Shown here piece after piece: positions 44,430-54,676 of a stretch of DNA of 64,000 nt (the stretch's first letter is position 1; each line of letters starts with the position of its first letter). The notes under the pieces are model-generated. The model saw nothing but the letters and a program-made list of their open reading frames with translations, had not been told where the DNA came from and ran no database searches. Source of the DNA: Bacilli bacterium. Lineage in GTDB: Bacteria; Bacillota_I; Bacilli_A; RFN20; CAG-826. Location of the stretch: NCBI GenBank assembly GCA_017479485.1, contig JAFVCC010000114.1, forward strand, positions 1,791 through 65,790, written 5' to 3'. Made by a program: the position numbers and the translations under genes.

Positions 44430-46601
44430 CTATTCCGCCGGCGGGACGTCGTCGGGCTTATCCGCAGGGGTTTCTGCGGCTGGCTTTTCCTCAGGCTTAG
44501 AACCCTCTACGGGTTTTGGCTCTTCAGCAGGGGTTTCTGCCGGGGCTTCTACCGGAGCTTGGGGAGGTTCAGGGAGCTTGCCATTTTTGCAAAGATATTC
44601 GATTTCTTCAGCGGTGATGGTCTCTTTCTCGAGCAACGTTTCCGCAATCAAGATAACTTGATCCTTATATTGCTCTAAGAGTTTACGGGCATTCTCGTGG
44701 GCCTCATCGATGATGCGGCGTACCGCTTTATCGATTTCAAAGGCAATTTGAGTGGAGAAATTACGCTGGGTGGAGGCATAGTCACGGCCAAGGAAGACCG
44801 ATCCAGTATCGCGTTCATACTGGATGGGGCCGAGGTCGGACATACCGAATTCGGTAACCATTAAGCGGGCAAGGCGAGTAGCCTGTTCAATATCATTGCT
44901 CGCGCCGGTGGAGACGTCTTGGAAGAAGATCTCTTCGGAAGTACGGCCGCCAAGAAGGCCAGTAATGCGGGCAATAAGCTCGTTTTTCGTCATTAAGAAG
45001 CGATCGTCTTCCGGCGTCATGAGCACGTGGCCGCCCGTATTTCCGCGCGGAACGATGGTGATCTTCTGCACTTTGTCGGAATAAGGGAGGTTGATACCGA
45101 TGACGGCATGGCCAGCTTCGTGATAAGCCACTTGCTTCCTCTCCTTTGGAGAGAGTCCTTTAGAGGATTTGGCCGGGCCGGAGATACGGCGGTCGATGGC
45201 TTCGTCGATTTCCGCGATATCGATTTGCTCTTTATTGTGACGAACTGCAAGGATGGCAGCTTCATTTAAGACGTTGCTTAAATCCGCGCCAGAGAAGCCA
45301 ACGGTACGCTTAGCGAGGGCGTCAAAGTCGATGTTCGGATCGATCTTTTTGCCGCGGGAATGCACGCGGAGAATCGCAGCGCGACCCGCTCTATCCGGCA
45401 AGGAAACGGTGATGGTACGGTCGAAACGTCCAGCGCGGCGAAGCGCGGGGTCAAGGACGTCGTCGCGGTTGGTCGCCGCGATAACCAGGATACCGGAGTT
45501 CGCTTCAAAGCCATCCATTTCGACGAGGAGTTGGTTCAAGGTCTGCTCGCGTTCGTCGTTGCCGCCGCCTAAGCCAGCACCACGCTGACGGCCAACGGCA
45601 TCGATTTCATCGATGAAGATTAAGCACGGCGCGGTCGCTTTAGCTTGGCGGAACAAGTCACGCACACGTCCCGCACCGACGCCGACATACATTTCGACAA
45701 AGTCGGAACCAGAAATGGAATAGAAGGGAACGCCCGCTTCGCCCGCAACGGCCTTAGCAAGAAGCGTTTTACCAGTGCCTGGAGGGCCGATCAGCAAGAA
45801 GCCTTTCGGCAAACGAGCACCGAAGCGAGAGTATTTCTTCGGATCCTTGAGGTATTCCACAAGTTCGACCATTTCGGCCTTTTCTTCATCGCATCCCGCG
45901 ACGTCGGTAAAGCGGACTTTGCTGGAATCTGCACGACGCGCTGGGGATTTATTGAAGGCGTTGATGGAATTGTTGGCTCCGTTAACGGAAGCGCTAAGCC
46001 TGCTGAAGATCAAAATGGCGATGATGACCGTCGCTGCGACCGAGATAATCGTCGGCCCCCATGCGTCCCAGAAGGAAACCTGGAATGCGTCGGAATTGCT
46101 CATCGAAATCTGGATGCCTTTATTCGCCGTTTCGAGGCTCGGCGTATTTAAAGCGTCCTGAATACGGGTTTGGAACAAGGTGAGGTAAGACTCGTGATAC
46201 ACCGTAGTTTGGGCGTTGGTGTTGGGGTCAATATAAATGTAATTGAAGCCATCCTTCCACTGTTCTTCGTCTAAGCGCACCGAGAACGAGCCGATGCGGT
46301 TGTTCTTATCCAAATAACGGCCCGAGACAACGACGGTGGTGTAACTATGGCTATAATTCACCGCGTAGAGACGGTTATGATCCGTCGCGTTATAGTCGTC
46401 TTTTTGGAATTCCTTTGAGTCGGTGTTAAACCGGTAATAAAGCACGGTTTCATCAAGCGCGCGAATATCGATTTCGTCGCTGGTTCGGAACAAGTTAGAG
46501 AACATGAGCCAGATAAAAAGGCCGATGGCTCCAGCCATGAGAACATAGGGGAGAATATAAGAGAATATACTCCGCTTTGGGGGGTTGTTTCCTTCGTTCA
46601 T
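44430..46601 (-). CDS. ftsH: ATP-dependent zinc metalloprotease FtsH
   Basis: Two TM segments, an AAA module ([18 protein letters not shown]), the HEAGHA zinc site and a P/E/A-rich C-terminal tail. Confidence 0.95.
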   Translation of the reverse strand: MNEGNNPPKRSIFSYILPYVLMAGAIGLFIWLMFSNLFRTSDEIDIRALDETVLYYRFNTDSKEFQKDDYNATDHNRLYAVNYSHSYTTVVVSGRYLDKNNRIGSFSVRLDEEQWKDGFNYIYIDPNTNAQTTVYHESYLTLFQTRIQDALNTPSLETANKGIQISMSNSDAFQVSFWDAWGPTIISVAATVIIAILIFSRLSASVNGANNSINAFNKSPARRADSSKVRFTDVAGCDEEKAEMVELVEYLKDPKKYSRFGARLPKGFLLIGPPGTGKTLLAKAVAGEAGVPFYSISGSDFVEMYVGVGAGRVRDLFRQAKATAPCLIFIDEIDAVGRQRGAGLGGGNDEREQTLNQLLVEMDGFEANSGILVIAATNRDDVLDPALRRAGRFDRTITVSLPDRAGRAAILRVHSRGKKIDPNIDFDALAKRTVGFSGADLSNVLNEAAILAVRHNKEQIDIAEIDEAIDRRISGPAKSSKGLSPKERKQVAYHEAGHAVIGINLPYSDKVQKITIVPRGNTGGHVLMTPEDDRFLMTKNELIARITGLLGGRTSEEIFFQDVSTGASNDIEQATRLARLMVTEFGMSDLGPIQYERDTGSVFLGRDYASTQRNFSTQIAFEIDKAVRRIIDEAHENARKLLEQYKDQVILIAETLLEKETITAEEIEYLCKNGKLPEPPQAPVEAPAETPAEEPKPVEGSKPEEKPAAETPADKPDDVPPAE

Positions 46602-46678
46602 TGGAGTGCTCCTTTCGATTCCGTGACCATAAGGTCAGCCAAAAGACTTTAGGCTACGGAAAAATGGTGTCAATTAAT

Positions 46679-47935
46679 TTACTCTTCTACGTTGGGCAAA
46701 TGCAGTTTTAGCAAAGAAGTATGGTACTCGTGGAAGTAGCGACGGAAGCGTGGAACGTAGACCACTTTTCCGTTTTTGTTGATGAAAATCGGCCAAACAT
46801 AACGGTAAGCAACCGGCATCTTCCAAGTGGAATAGAGGGAATGTACCGGCTCAAGGAAGCCGTGGACGACATAACGATCCGTCGGGCGGGTCGTGCGGAT
46901 GGTAAGGGGATAATCCTCGGCGGTGATGCCGCGATCTTCCGCACCCATAGAGAAGTCGAGATCGAATTCAGCGGTTTCGAGCTTACCGGGCTTTTCTAGG
47001 GTGTAGCTATAAAGAAGTTCATCATAGTTACGGCCGAGAATCAGGATGTCGTATTCCTTGATGAGGTAGGTGTCGTTGCCTAGCTTTAGCGATGCATTCG
47101 GGTTCGGAGAGAGGCAAAGCTTACGGATTTCCGCGAGGCTTTCGGGCGTCAGCACGATTTCTTCAGGGGCGCGGCGCATAAAGCGCATCAAAGTAGCCGC
47201 GAATTCATCTCGCGACAAAGCGATAAGCGGGCGGATTTCGAGCTCTTCGCCCTCGTCGATGGACTGGTTGAATTCGTCCACGAGTTTGATCTTTTCGTCG
47301 TTGACCGACTGCATTTCCGCGATCAGGTTCTCGCGTTCGATAATGGAAAGCGCATTGATCTTTTCGCGGATGGGGTCGCGGGTGAATCGTTCTTCGAACG
47401 ACTCTTTCTTCGCCGAGAACGGGACGCGGTTTTCCGCGTTATATTCCAGCAGCTCTTCCTTCGTATAACGAAGAAGCGGGCGAATGATCACCATCCCATA
47501 TTGGGTGGAGACCGGGCTCATGCCATAGTTACCCTTCTTTTCGCCGCGTTCGCGGTTGATGAGATAGGCTTCAAGCAAGTCGTCTTGCTGGTGAGCAATG
47601 ACTAAGCCTTTCGCGTTATATTGCTGATAGATTTTCTGAAAGAAAGCGTAACGAACTTTGCGGGCCCACTTTTTGAAATCGTCCGTATCGTGATAAGCCT
47701 CTTCGGGAGGAAGAGTCGCCGCATCGAGATATTCGAGGGTTAATCCACGGGCGCCGCAATAGGAAGCGAGTTTGATATAGTCATCGCTCGATTCTTCGAA
47801 TTTATGGTAGTTGATGCAAATCACGATGGGTTTGATGCCCTCTTTCTGCATCATGTCGAGCAACGCCATCGAATCTGGCCCATAGGTGCACGCGCAAAGA
47901 TAAGTCGCCCCTTTGGAAAATTTGTAATCAAGCAT
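46679..47935 (-). CDS. tilS: tRNA(Ile)-lysidine synthetase
   Basis: PP-loop variant (CACTYGPDSMALL), in the conserved position upstream of ftsH. The start is set at ATG 47935 (MLDYKF), overlapping the yabO stop by 8 nt. Confidence 0.8.
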   Translation of the reverse strand: MLDYKFSKGATYLCACTYGPDSMALLDMMQKEGIKPIVICINYHKFEESSDDYIKLASYCGARGLTLEYLDAATLPPEEAYHDTDDFKKWARKVRYAFFQKIYQQYNAKGLVIAHQQDDLLEAYLINRERGEKKGNYGMSPVSTQYGMVIIRPLLRYTKEELLEYNAENRVPFSAKKESFEERFTRDPIREKINALSIIERENLIAEMQSVNDEKIKLVDEFNQSIDEGEELEIRPLIALSRDEFAATLMRFMRRAPEEIVLTPESLAEIRKLCLSPNPNASLKLGNDTYLIKEYDILILGRNYDELLYSYTLEKPGKLETAEFDLDFSMGAEDRGITAEDYPLTIRTTRPTDRYVVHGFLEPVHSLYSTWKMPVAYRYVWPIFINKNGKVVYVPRFRRYFHEYHTSLLKLHLPNVEE

Positions 47936-48212
47936 CTTCGTTACCTCGATTCTCAATAGCGTCTTCGAGGATTTCATACATCCCCGATGCGCTTTCTTTG
48001 TTGGCGTGCATCGGCGTCGCCAACGCTTTGACGGTAAGGGTGTGGCGGCCTAGTTTCAGCCGCATTTCATCGCCTGGGTTCACTTCGGTCGAGGGCTTGG
48101 CGGTTTTGCCGTTAAGCCACACGTATCCAGCGTCGCAGAGTTGCTTAGCAACCTCGCGTCGTTTGATCAGACGAGATACTTTTAAAAACTTGTCGACCCT
48201 CATGTCGAACAT
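47928..48212 (-). CDS. rqcP: S4-domain RNA-binding protein YabO/RqcP-like
   Basis: MRVDKFLKVSRLIKRREVAKQLCDAGYVWLNGKTAKPS is an Hsp15/S4-type sequence. Located between mfd and tilS. Confidence 0.75.
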   Translation of the reverse strand: MFDMRVDKFLKVSRLIKRREVAKQLCDAGYVWLNGKTAKPSTEVNPGDEMRLKLGRHTLTVKALATPMHANKESASGMYEILEDAIENRGNEDA

Positions 48213-48251
48213 AATGTTAGCACAATTCCTTATAGGGATTGTGTTTAAGAC

Positions 48252-51200
48252 TCACTTCTTTTGCTGAAATTTGAGATAGGTTTGATGAACAACACGCATG
48301 ATTTTTTCTAACGTGCCAATCCAATTGTCCTTTTTCATGAGGATAAACTTCAGTCTTTTCTCCACATAAGTGACCCTCAAAGAGCCGAGGTAGGGAACCA
48401 AAGAATTGAATAAATCCGTGCCAATCCCGTCTATTTTTGTAAATGAACTCGAAAGCATGACCTCGATATGGCCGTTGACTTCCTCGACGCCTTCGAACTC
48501 CTCAAGATCGGACAAAAGGTCGATGCGTTTCTTCTGAATAACGAGCTCAACTTCCTCGGGTAGGCGGCCATAAATGTCTTTCATACGGCGCTTGTAGGCA
48601 TCGAGTTCCTTCTCCGTTTTGAGATCTTCAAGTTCATGGTAGAGCTCCACCTTATCGGAATTGGAGGCGTAATCAGAAGGAATATAGGCATCGATGGAGA
48701 AGAGTTTCTTGGCGACGGGCGGTTCGACTTCGTGTCCCGTATATTTCTCTTGGATGGCCTCATTCAGCATCTTTAAGTAGAGATCGAGGCCAATAGAGTC
48801 GATAAAGCCAGCCTGCTCCGGTCCGAGGATGTCGCCCGCTCCGCGAATCATTAAGTCGCGTTGGGCAATCTTATATCCAGACCCTAGTTCAGTGAATTCC
48901 TGGATGGCTTGAAGACGTTTTTGGGCATCCGGATTCATGTCTTTCTCTTGTTTATAGAGCAAATACGCAAAAGCAATGCGGTCGCCGCGACCCACGCGAC
49001 CCTTGATTTGATAGAGTTGGCTCAAGCCAAACCGATCCGCGTTTTCCACGATAATCATGTTTGCGTTCGGAATATCGATACCGTTTTCCACGATCGAAGT
49101 GCACACCAGAACATTGATTTCTCCGTCATAGAACCGTTCCATGACGTCTTCGATGGAGTCCTTGTCCATCTTGCCGTGGACCACGCCGACCGAGGCGAGG
49201 TCAAGTTTTGCCGCGATGCGAGAGGCAACGTGATAAATCGTCTCGACGCGATTATGGACATAGAAGACCTGTCCATGGCGAGAAAGCTCCCTTTGAATGA
49301 GCTCATAAACCACCTCTTCGTTATAGGGAGTGACGTAAGTTTGAATTGGCATACGGGCACTTGGGGCAGTAAGGATTTCGCTGATGGGGCGGATTCCTAG
49401 AAGCGACATTTGCAACGTTCGCGGAATCGGTGTTGCGGACAATGTTAAAACGTCAACGGAAGAACGCATTTCCTTGATTTTTTCTTTTTGTTCGACGCCA
49501 AAGCGCTGCTCTTCATCCACGATGAGCAACCCGAGATCTTTGAACTGGAAATCCTTGGAAAGCAAGCGATGCGTACCAATGGCTAAATCGATCTTACCCT
49601 GAGCAATTTCTTCGATGCGTCGCTTTTGCATGGACTCAGGAACCAGACGAGAGAAGAGGGCAATCTTTACTCCGTATGGGCCAAAGCGTTGCAGAGCTAA
49701 TTCATAATGCTGGCGGGCGAGCAAAGTGGTCGGGCAAAGCAAAGCGACTTGCTTGCCGGCGGCAATCGCCTTGAAGGCAGCGCGGAAGGCCACCTCGGTT
49801 TTCCCGAACCCAACATCGCCGCAAAGGAGACGGTCCATGATCTCTGGACTCTCCATATCTTTTTTGATTTCATCGATCGCCTTTTGCTGGTCTGGCGTCA
49901 TCGCATGGGGGAATTCACTTTCGAATTGTTGTTGCAACTCATCGTCAGGAGGAAATGAAAATCCTTGCAAATGTGCCCTTTCTCGATACAAATTCATCAA
50001 ACGGTCCGCTAATTCGTTAACGCGCTTTTTGATCGCGGATTTGCGTTTTTCCCATTCTTTCCCTGAAAGGTGAGATAGCTTTGGCGCCGCCCCTTCGCGT
50101 CCGGCATATTTTCGGACCAGGCGGAATTGTTCTAGCGGAACATAGAGGTATTCATCCCCGGCATAAGCGATGTGAAGGTAGTCGCGATGGATCCCGTCGA
50201 CCTCAATGGTCTTTACGTCGAGGAACTGGCCGATACCGTTATATTCATGGACGACATAGTCGCCTGGCTTAAGGTCTTCATAGCTACGCAAGATGGTCGC
50301 GTTTTTAAAGCGTGAGGTAAATCTCGAGGAGACGTTGCGCTTGCCAAACATCTCCGCCGAAGAGATAAAGGCAACCTTGATGCTCGGTATTTCAAACCCT
50401 TCGTTTAACGGCTGCTCCGTGATGCTGATTTGGCCTTTAGGGAAGTTGAATCCTTTGGTTTCTTCGAAGTCAATAGAATTGTCAGTCAAAAGGGTCTTTA
50501 TCAACTCGTGCTGCCGGATGTCGGGCACGGATAAAACTACTTTATCGCAAGTGGCCAAGTAGGTTTGAATCATGGGCAATATCGATGAAGTAGACTTTCC
50601 TAAGACCGCGATTTTGTGGGCCTGAAACATAATATCGTCGGCCCCCTTGGCAAAGGGATTAGACACGACGAGATTTTTCCGTGATGGTATTGCCTCATCG
50701 AAAGGCATGTACTGCCGCAATGAGGAAATAGTTCTTCCCTTAAACAGGAGTTCACCGAGGAAGTCATGGGCCTCTTCGTCGAGCATTTTTACCGCCGCAT
50801 TAAAGGATTCTTTATTGCAAATATATGCAATTTCGGGCTTGAAATAGTGAAGGACGGAGAACGATTTGCCTAACGCAAAGCCATAATAACGGTACAGTTC
50901 GCTGCGATAATCATGGGATACAAACTTCTCAAGGTCGGCACCGACGTTTTGCCTCATGAGCCCGCCGACGTCTTTTCCAAGAAGCTCCTCATCTTCGTCC
51001 ATCTTGGCCTTAGCCCGCATCACAAAGTCCGTTAGTTCGTCATCGTTAAGGAAGATGTCGCTCGCGGGCAAAATAGTGGCCGCATCGAGCTTTTCTTTAG
51101 ACTCTTGGGTTTGTAAATCAAAGGTGCGGATGGATTCAATTTCATCGCCGAAGAATTCAATGCGAATGGGGTCAAGATAGGAAACGGTGTATACGTCTAA

Positions 51201-51722
51201 AATATCGCCGCGGGAGGCGAATTGGAGGGAGCGCTCGATCTTGTTCGCGCCCTGATACCCCATTTCCGCAAGTTGAAAGCGAAGCGCCCTTAAATCCAAG
51301 GTATCGCCAACTTTAACGTGAATGACTTCTTGCTGGAATCGTTTGGGATCAGGGAGATAACGAAGCAAGGCGCTCGGGTGGGTGACTAAGATGTGCGGGC
51401 TCCCATCGCTAATTTGTCCGAGGGCATAAAGGCGTTGGGCTAAGAGCTCACGGGAGGACGAAAGGCCTTCTGCGCGGAGCAATTCGTCGCTTGGGAAGAA
51501 GGCAACGCTGGATTCGTCTAAGAAATTAAGCAGGAATTCATAGAGCCTTTGCGCGCTATATTGGTTGGAAGCAATTAAGGCCAAATTGCAGGGTTTTTGT
51601 TTAAAAATCCCTGCAAAAACCAATCCTGTTGCAAGATTTTCCTCAATGACAAAAGCCCCCTTTTTCTCGAGTAGGGGGGTGGTTACCGGCAGAGAATAGA
51701 TTTTCTTTAGTAACTCGTCCAA
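48252..51722 (-). CDS. mfd: Transcription-repair coupling factor Mfd
   Basis: 1156 aa with a UvrB-homology region, an RNAP-interacting domain and a superfamily-2 translocase ([18 protein letters not shown]). TTG start behind AGGAGG. Confidence 0.95.
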   Translation of the reverse strand: MDELLKKIYSLPVTTPLLEKKGAFVIEENLATGLVFAGIFKQKPCNLALIASNQYSAQRLYEFLLNFLDESSVAFFPSDELLRAEGLSSSRELLAQRLYALGQISDGSPHILVTHPSALLRYLPDPKRFQQEVIHVKVGDTLDLRALRFQLAEMGYQGANKIERSLQFASRGDILDVYTVSYLDPIRIEFFGDEIESIRTFDLQTQESKEKLDAATILPASDIFLNDDELTDFVMRAKAKMDEDEELLGKDVGGLMRQNVGADLEKFVSHDYRSELYRYYGFALGKSFSVLHYFKPEIAYICNKESFNAAVKMLDEEAHDFLGELLFKGRTISSLRQYMPFDEAIPSRKNLVVSNPFAKGADDIMFQAHKIAVLGKSTSSILPMIQTYLATCDKVVLSVPDIRQHELIKTLLTDNSIDFEETKGFNFPKGQISITEQPLNEGFEIPSIKVAFISSAEMFGKRNVSSRFTSRFKNATILRSYEDLKPGDYVVHEYNGIGQFLDVKTIEVDGIHRDYLHIAYAGDEYLYVPLEQFRLVRKYAGREGAAPKLSHLSGKEWEKRKSAIKKRVNELADRLMNLYRERAHLQGFSFPPDDELQQQFESEFPHAMTPDQQKAIDEIKKDMESPEIMDRLLCGDVGFGKTEVAFRAAFKAIAAGKQVALLCPTTLLARQHYELALQRFGPYGVKIALFSRLVPESMQKRRIEEIAQGKIDLAIGTHRLLSKDFQFKDLGLLIVDEEQRFGVEQKEKIKEMRSSVDVLTLSATPIPRTLQMSLLGIRPISEILTAPSARMPIQTYVTPYNEEVVYELIQRELSRHGQVFYVHNRVETIYHVASRIAAKLDLASVGVVHGKMDKDSIEDVMERFYDGEINVLVCTSIVENGIDIPNANMIIVENADRFGLSQLYQIKGRVGRGDRIAFAYLLYKQEKDMNPDAQKRLQAIQEFTELGSGYKIAQRDLMIRGAGDILGPEQAGFIDSIGLDLYLKMLNEAIQEKYTGHEVEPPVAKKLFSIDAYIPSDYASNSDKVELYHELEDLKTEKELDAYKRRMKDIYGRLPEEVELVIQKKRIDLLSDLEEFEGVEEVNGHIEVMLSSSFTKIDGIGTDLFNSLVPYLGSLRVTYVEKRLKFILMKKDNWIGTLEKIMRVVHQTYLKFQQKK

Positions 51723-51731
51723 GGAGGCCTC

Positions 51732-52289
51732 CTAATTGAAATGGTTCATCGCATGGGCCCAGCCGTTAATTAATGCATCTTTGGTAGCTTTGGCCGCAAG
51801 TTCAATGGCTTCTTCAGCAAGCTGGAGTGATTCGCCCGTCGGCTTGCCGAGCACATAGTCTACGCCAGAGTAGGTGGGCTCGCCGATGCCAACGCGGATT
51901 CGCTTGATGTTTTCGGTCTTTAAATTGTCGATGATGCTGCGCATCCCATTGTGCGAACCGTGAGATCCGCCGGGTCTTAGACGTATCTTTCCTTCAGGAA
52001 TCGCCATATCGTCGTAGATGACGATGAGGTCCTCCGGTCCAATCTTGAAATAATCCAACAAAGGGCGGACGAACTCTCCCGAAAGGTTCATGAAGGTTTC
52101 GGGCTTAGCAAAGATGGTGGGCTCTGGCAAAGCGGGGTTTTTGCAGATGCCGTAAATACCTTTGAATTTCTCGTAATTGAGGTCGCAAGAAAAGATATCG
52201 GTGAGTTGGTCAATCACCAAAAAACCCATGTTATGCCGGGTTTTTTCATATTGTTTGCCCGGATTTCCTAGGCCAACGACGACCTTCAT
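51732..52289 (-). CDS. pth: Peptidyl-tRNA hydrolase
   Basis: MKVVVGLGNPGKQYEKTRHNMGF and GSHGSHNGMRS motifs. 185 aa. Confidence 0.95.
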   Translation of the reverse strand: MKVVVGLGNPGKQYEKTRHNMGFLVIDQLTDIFSCDLNYEKFKGIYGICKNPALPEPTIFAKPETFMNLSGEFVRPLLDYFKIGPEDLIVIYDDMAIPEGKIRLRPGGSHGSHNGMRSIIDNLKTENIKRIRVGIGEPTYSGVDYVLGKPTGESLQLAEEAIELAAKATKDALINGWAHAMNHFN

Positions 52290-52849
52290 GCGTCTCCTTC
52301 AGGCATCTCCGTGGCGAGCTTGCGGACCACGGAAATAATCTTGTTCACGCCGACGTCGTCATAGCATTGCAGCGGGTTCTCTTTAATGTTGAGTAGCATT
52401 TTTTGATCCACAGTGGCGTTGGGGTCGTTTGCAATCATGCGGAGCGAGTTGCTCATGAGTAGCTTCTCGACCATGCCAAGTTTCTCGTAATCGAAAGATC
52501 CGCGGAGCTGATAGAAGCGGATGTGATAGAGGTCAAGGATGTTATTGCTGATGAGGTTGAGGCGCGCTTCTTTGGAGACGAGTGACATGCCCACGGCGAA
52601 CATAATGATGTTTTTGCCTTCCATGGCGTCATACATCGCTAAAAAGTCATCGGCCTTTTGAATTTTGGTGCCGATAACGCGAGACCCGAAGACGATGGTG
52701 TCATAGTCGGGGATCATTTTGGCTTTGAATTTGTTTAACGGCATCACATCGCATTTCAGGGCCGCAGCGATGTCCTCAGCATATTTTTTGGTGTTTCCAG
52801 TCTTGGAATAATAAAGAATGACGGTACGCATGCGACAAAGATACCACAT
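52286..52849 (-). CDS. Flavodoxin-domain protein
   Basis: ILYYSKTGNTKKYAE is an FMN-loop motif. The start is either ATG 52849 or ATG 52831. Confidence 0.7.
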   Translation of the reverse strand: MWYLCRMRTVILYYSKTGNTKKYAEDIAAALKCDVMPLNKFKAKMIPDYDTIVFGSRVIGTKIQKADDFLAMYDAMEGKNIIMFAVGMSLVSKEARLNLISNNILDLYHIRFYQLRGSFDYEKLGMVEKLLMSNSLRMIANDPNATVDQKMLLNIKENPLQCYDDVGVNKIISVVRKLATEMPEGDA

Positions 52850-52905
52850 CGGTTCCTTTTTGTATTCAATTCCGCTTCAAAGATAAAGCGGGGTATTGAA
52901 AAGCA

Positions 52906-53910
52906 ATGAACCAATCTTCAAAATTCACGGGTATGAATGCACGTGAATGGTTTGGCGATTTCGCCCGCGGTACCTCGTTAGGAACCGGAATGCTCCCTGG
53001 CGTCAGCGTTGGCACGGTAGGAATCATCGTCAATGTCTATGACAAATTATTAAACGCGATCGACGGGCTGCGTAAAAAAGAAACGTTCGTCTCCTCCTTT
53101 TTGAGCCTGCTTCCCATCGCCTTGGGATGCATTATCTCCATCTTGGTAGTGATGCTTTTTTGGAAGAAAGTGGCATACGTCTACTTTCCTTTTATTATTG
53201 TCTCTGCTTTGGCGGGCTTTGTTTTGGGCGCCCTTCCCTTGATGAGCAAGGAGTTAAAAGGGCAGATGATTTCTCTGCCCGACATTCTCCGTATGACGCT
53301 TGGGTTTATTGTCGCGGCGGGGATTGGCATCAGCGCATATCTATCTGCAGCGGGGATTTTGCCGTTAGATTTGAACTTTGGCCCCGCGATCGATGCGCCA
53401 TTTCAAAACCCTTGGGTGTTCGCGGTCGTCCTTTTGGTCGGCTTTTTCGCGGCTGTCAGTTGCCTTATCCCCGGTGTTTCGGGCTCGATGGTAATGTTCA
53501 TTTTCGGCCTCTATAACCCGATTTTGAACCTCTTCATGAACGAGTACGATTCCTCTCATAACGTCATTCATGAATCCATTTTCCATGACACTTCCAAGCT
53601 CGGTGGCGGACTCGTGGTCATCGCCGTGCTATTGTTCGGCATTCTGATCGGATTCTTCGCCGTCTCCAAGCTCATGAAGTCGCTTCTTGCCAATCACCGC
53701 AGAGGAACCTTTGGCGTCATCATCGGATTCGTGGTTGGATCGGTCGTTTCGATGTTCTTCAACAACGATATGTACACCGTTTACCTCGACCCGAATTTAA
53801 CCCAGTGGTGGCAATGGGTTTTCGGCGGCGTCGCTTTATTCGCCGCGCTTGGCGCGACCTATTTCCTGCTCGCGCGCAGGCAGCGTAAAGAAACATCGAA
53901 TATAGCTTAA
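52906..53910 (+). CDS. DUF368-family membrane protein (family linked to polyprenyl-phosphate recycling)
   Basis: 334 aa polytopic protein with two copies of the P-G-V-S-G signature (MLPGVSVGT and LIPGVSGSM), characteristic of DUF368. Confidence 0.65.
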   Translation: MNQSSKFTGMNAREWFGDFARGTSLGTGMLPGVSVGTVGIIVNVYDKLLNAIDGLRKKETFVSSFLSLLPIALGCIISILVVMLFWKKVAYVYFPFIIVSALAGFVLGALPLMSKELKGQMISLPDILRMTLGFIVAAGIGISAYLSAAGILPLDLNFGPAIDAPFQNPWVFAVVLLVGFFAAVSCLIPGVSGSMVMFIFGLYNPILNLFMNEYDSSHNVIHESIFHDTSKLGGGLVVIAVLLFGILIGFFAVSKLMKSLLANHRRGTFGVIIGFVVGSVVSMFFNNDMYTVYLDPNLTQWWQWVFGGVALFAALGATYFLLARRQRKETSNIA

Positions 53911-54064
53911 TCGCCAAAAAACCGCCTACACTCACTTCTTTGAGTGACAAAAGAAATACATAGGGGTTTTCTCCCTATTAAAGGCCCCAATATAACATTT
54001 TGGTTGACGTTGCGATTTGTATCGATATGATACCCCTCGACAAGAAAGACGAGAGAACCCTTTT

Positions 54065-54676
54065 ATGCCCCGTACACCAGAACAAAATCAAAGCATCAAA
54101 GACCGTAGGAGAGGAAAGCTTCTCACCTATGCTTTAAAGGCCTTTGCCTTAAACGGTTATGACCGCACCGCGGTGGATGACATCACCAAACCCGCGAAGT
54201 GCTCCCACGGCCTTTTCTATCACTATTTCGATTCCAAAGAAGCCGTTTTTAAGGCGTTAATCGACGAAGTGCTTACTCAGGAAGGGCGCACCCCGGTCAA
54301 AGAAGCGCTTGAACTTGGCGGCGTCAAAGGGCTTCGCTTGTTTGCCGATTACGCGGAAGGCGTAGCCACGGCCAGCGCAAAGGAAGTGGCAATCTCTCGC
54401 GTTACCCTCAACATCGGCAAAGCCAATAACCTCGATCCATACGGCCGCGCCTTCCAAAAGGAATATGACGTGGAGCGCGCCTTAGCCACTTTGATTAAGC
54501 AGGGGCAAGAAGAAGGAAAGGTCATCTCGGGCGACCCAAAGGTCATCGCCACCGCCCTTATGGACCTAGCCCAAGGCGCCCTTAACCGCCTCACTGGCAA
54601 GCCCGGAGCGGGGCTCATCAGTGCGGACATCTTCTTTGGCTTCGTCCTCAAGGGACCAATTGAAGAGTACAAATAA
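54065..54676 (+). CDS. TetR/AcrR-family transcriptional regulator
   Basis: N-terminal HTH (LTYALKAFALNGYDRTAVDDITKPAKCSHGLFYHYF). The start is set at ATG 54065. The track's start at 54017 is probably too long. Confidence 0.85.
   Translation: MPRTPEQNQSIKDRRRGKLLTYALKAFALNGYDRTAVDDITKPAKCSHGLFYHYFDSKEAVFKALIDEVLTQEGRTPVKEALELGGVKGLRLFADYAEGVATASAKEVAISRVTLNIGKANNLDPYGRAFQKEYDVERALATLIKQGQEEGKVISGDPKVIATALMDLAQGALNRLTGKPGAGLISADIFFGFVLKGPIEEYK

Noticed and set aside
46614-46622. The TTCGATTCC motif, which resembles a tRNA T-loop.
   Set aside because: The flanking bases cannot form a T-stem or an acceptor stem. The motif is simply the reverse complement of the ftsH RBS region (GGAATCGAAAGGAG).
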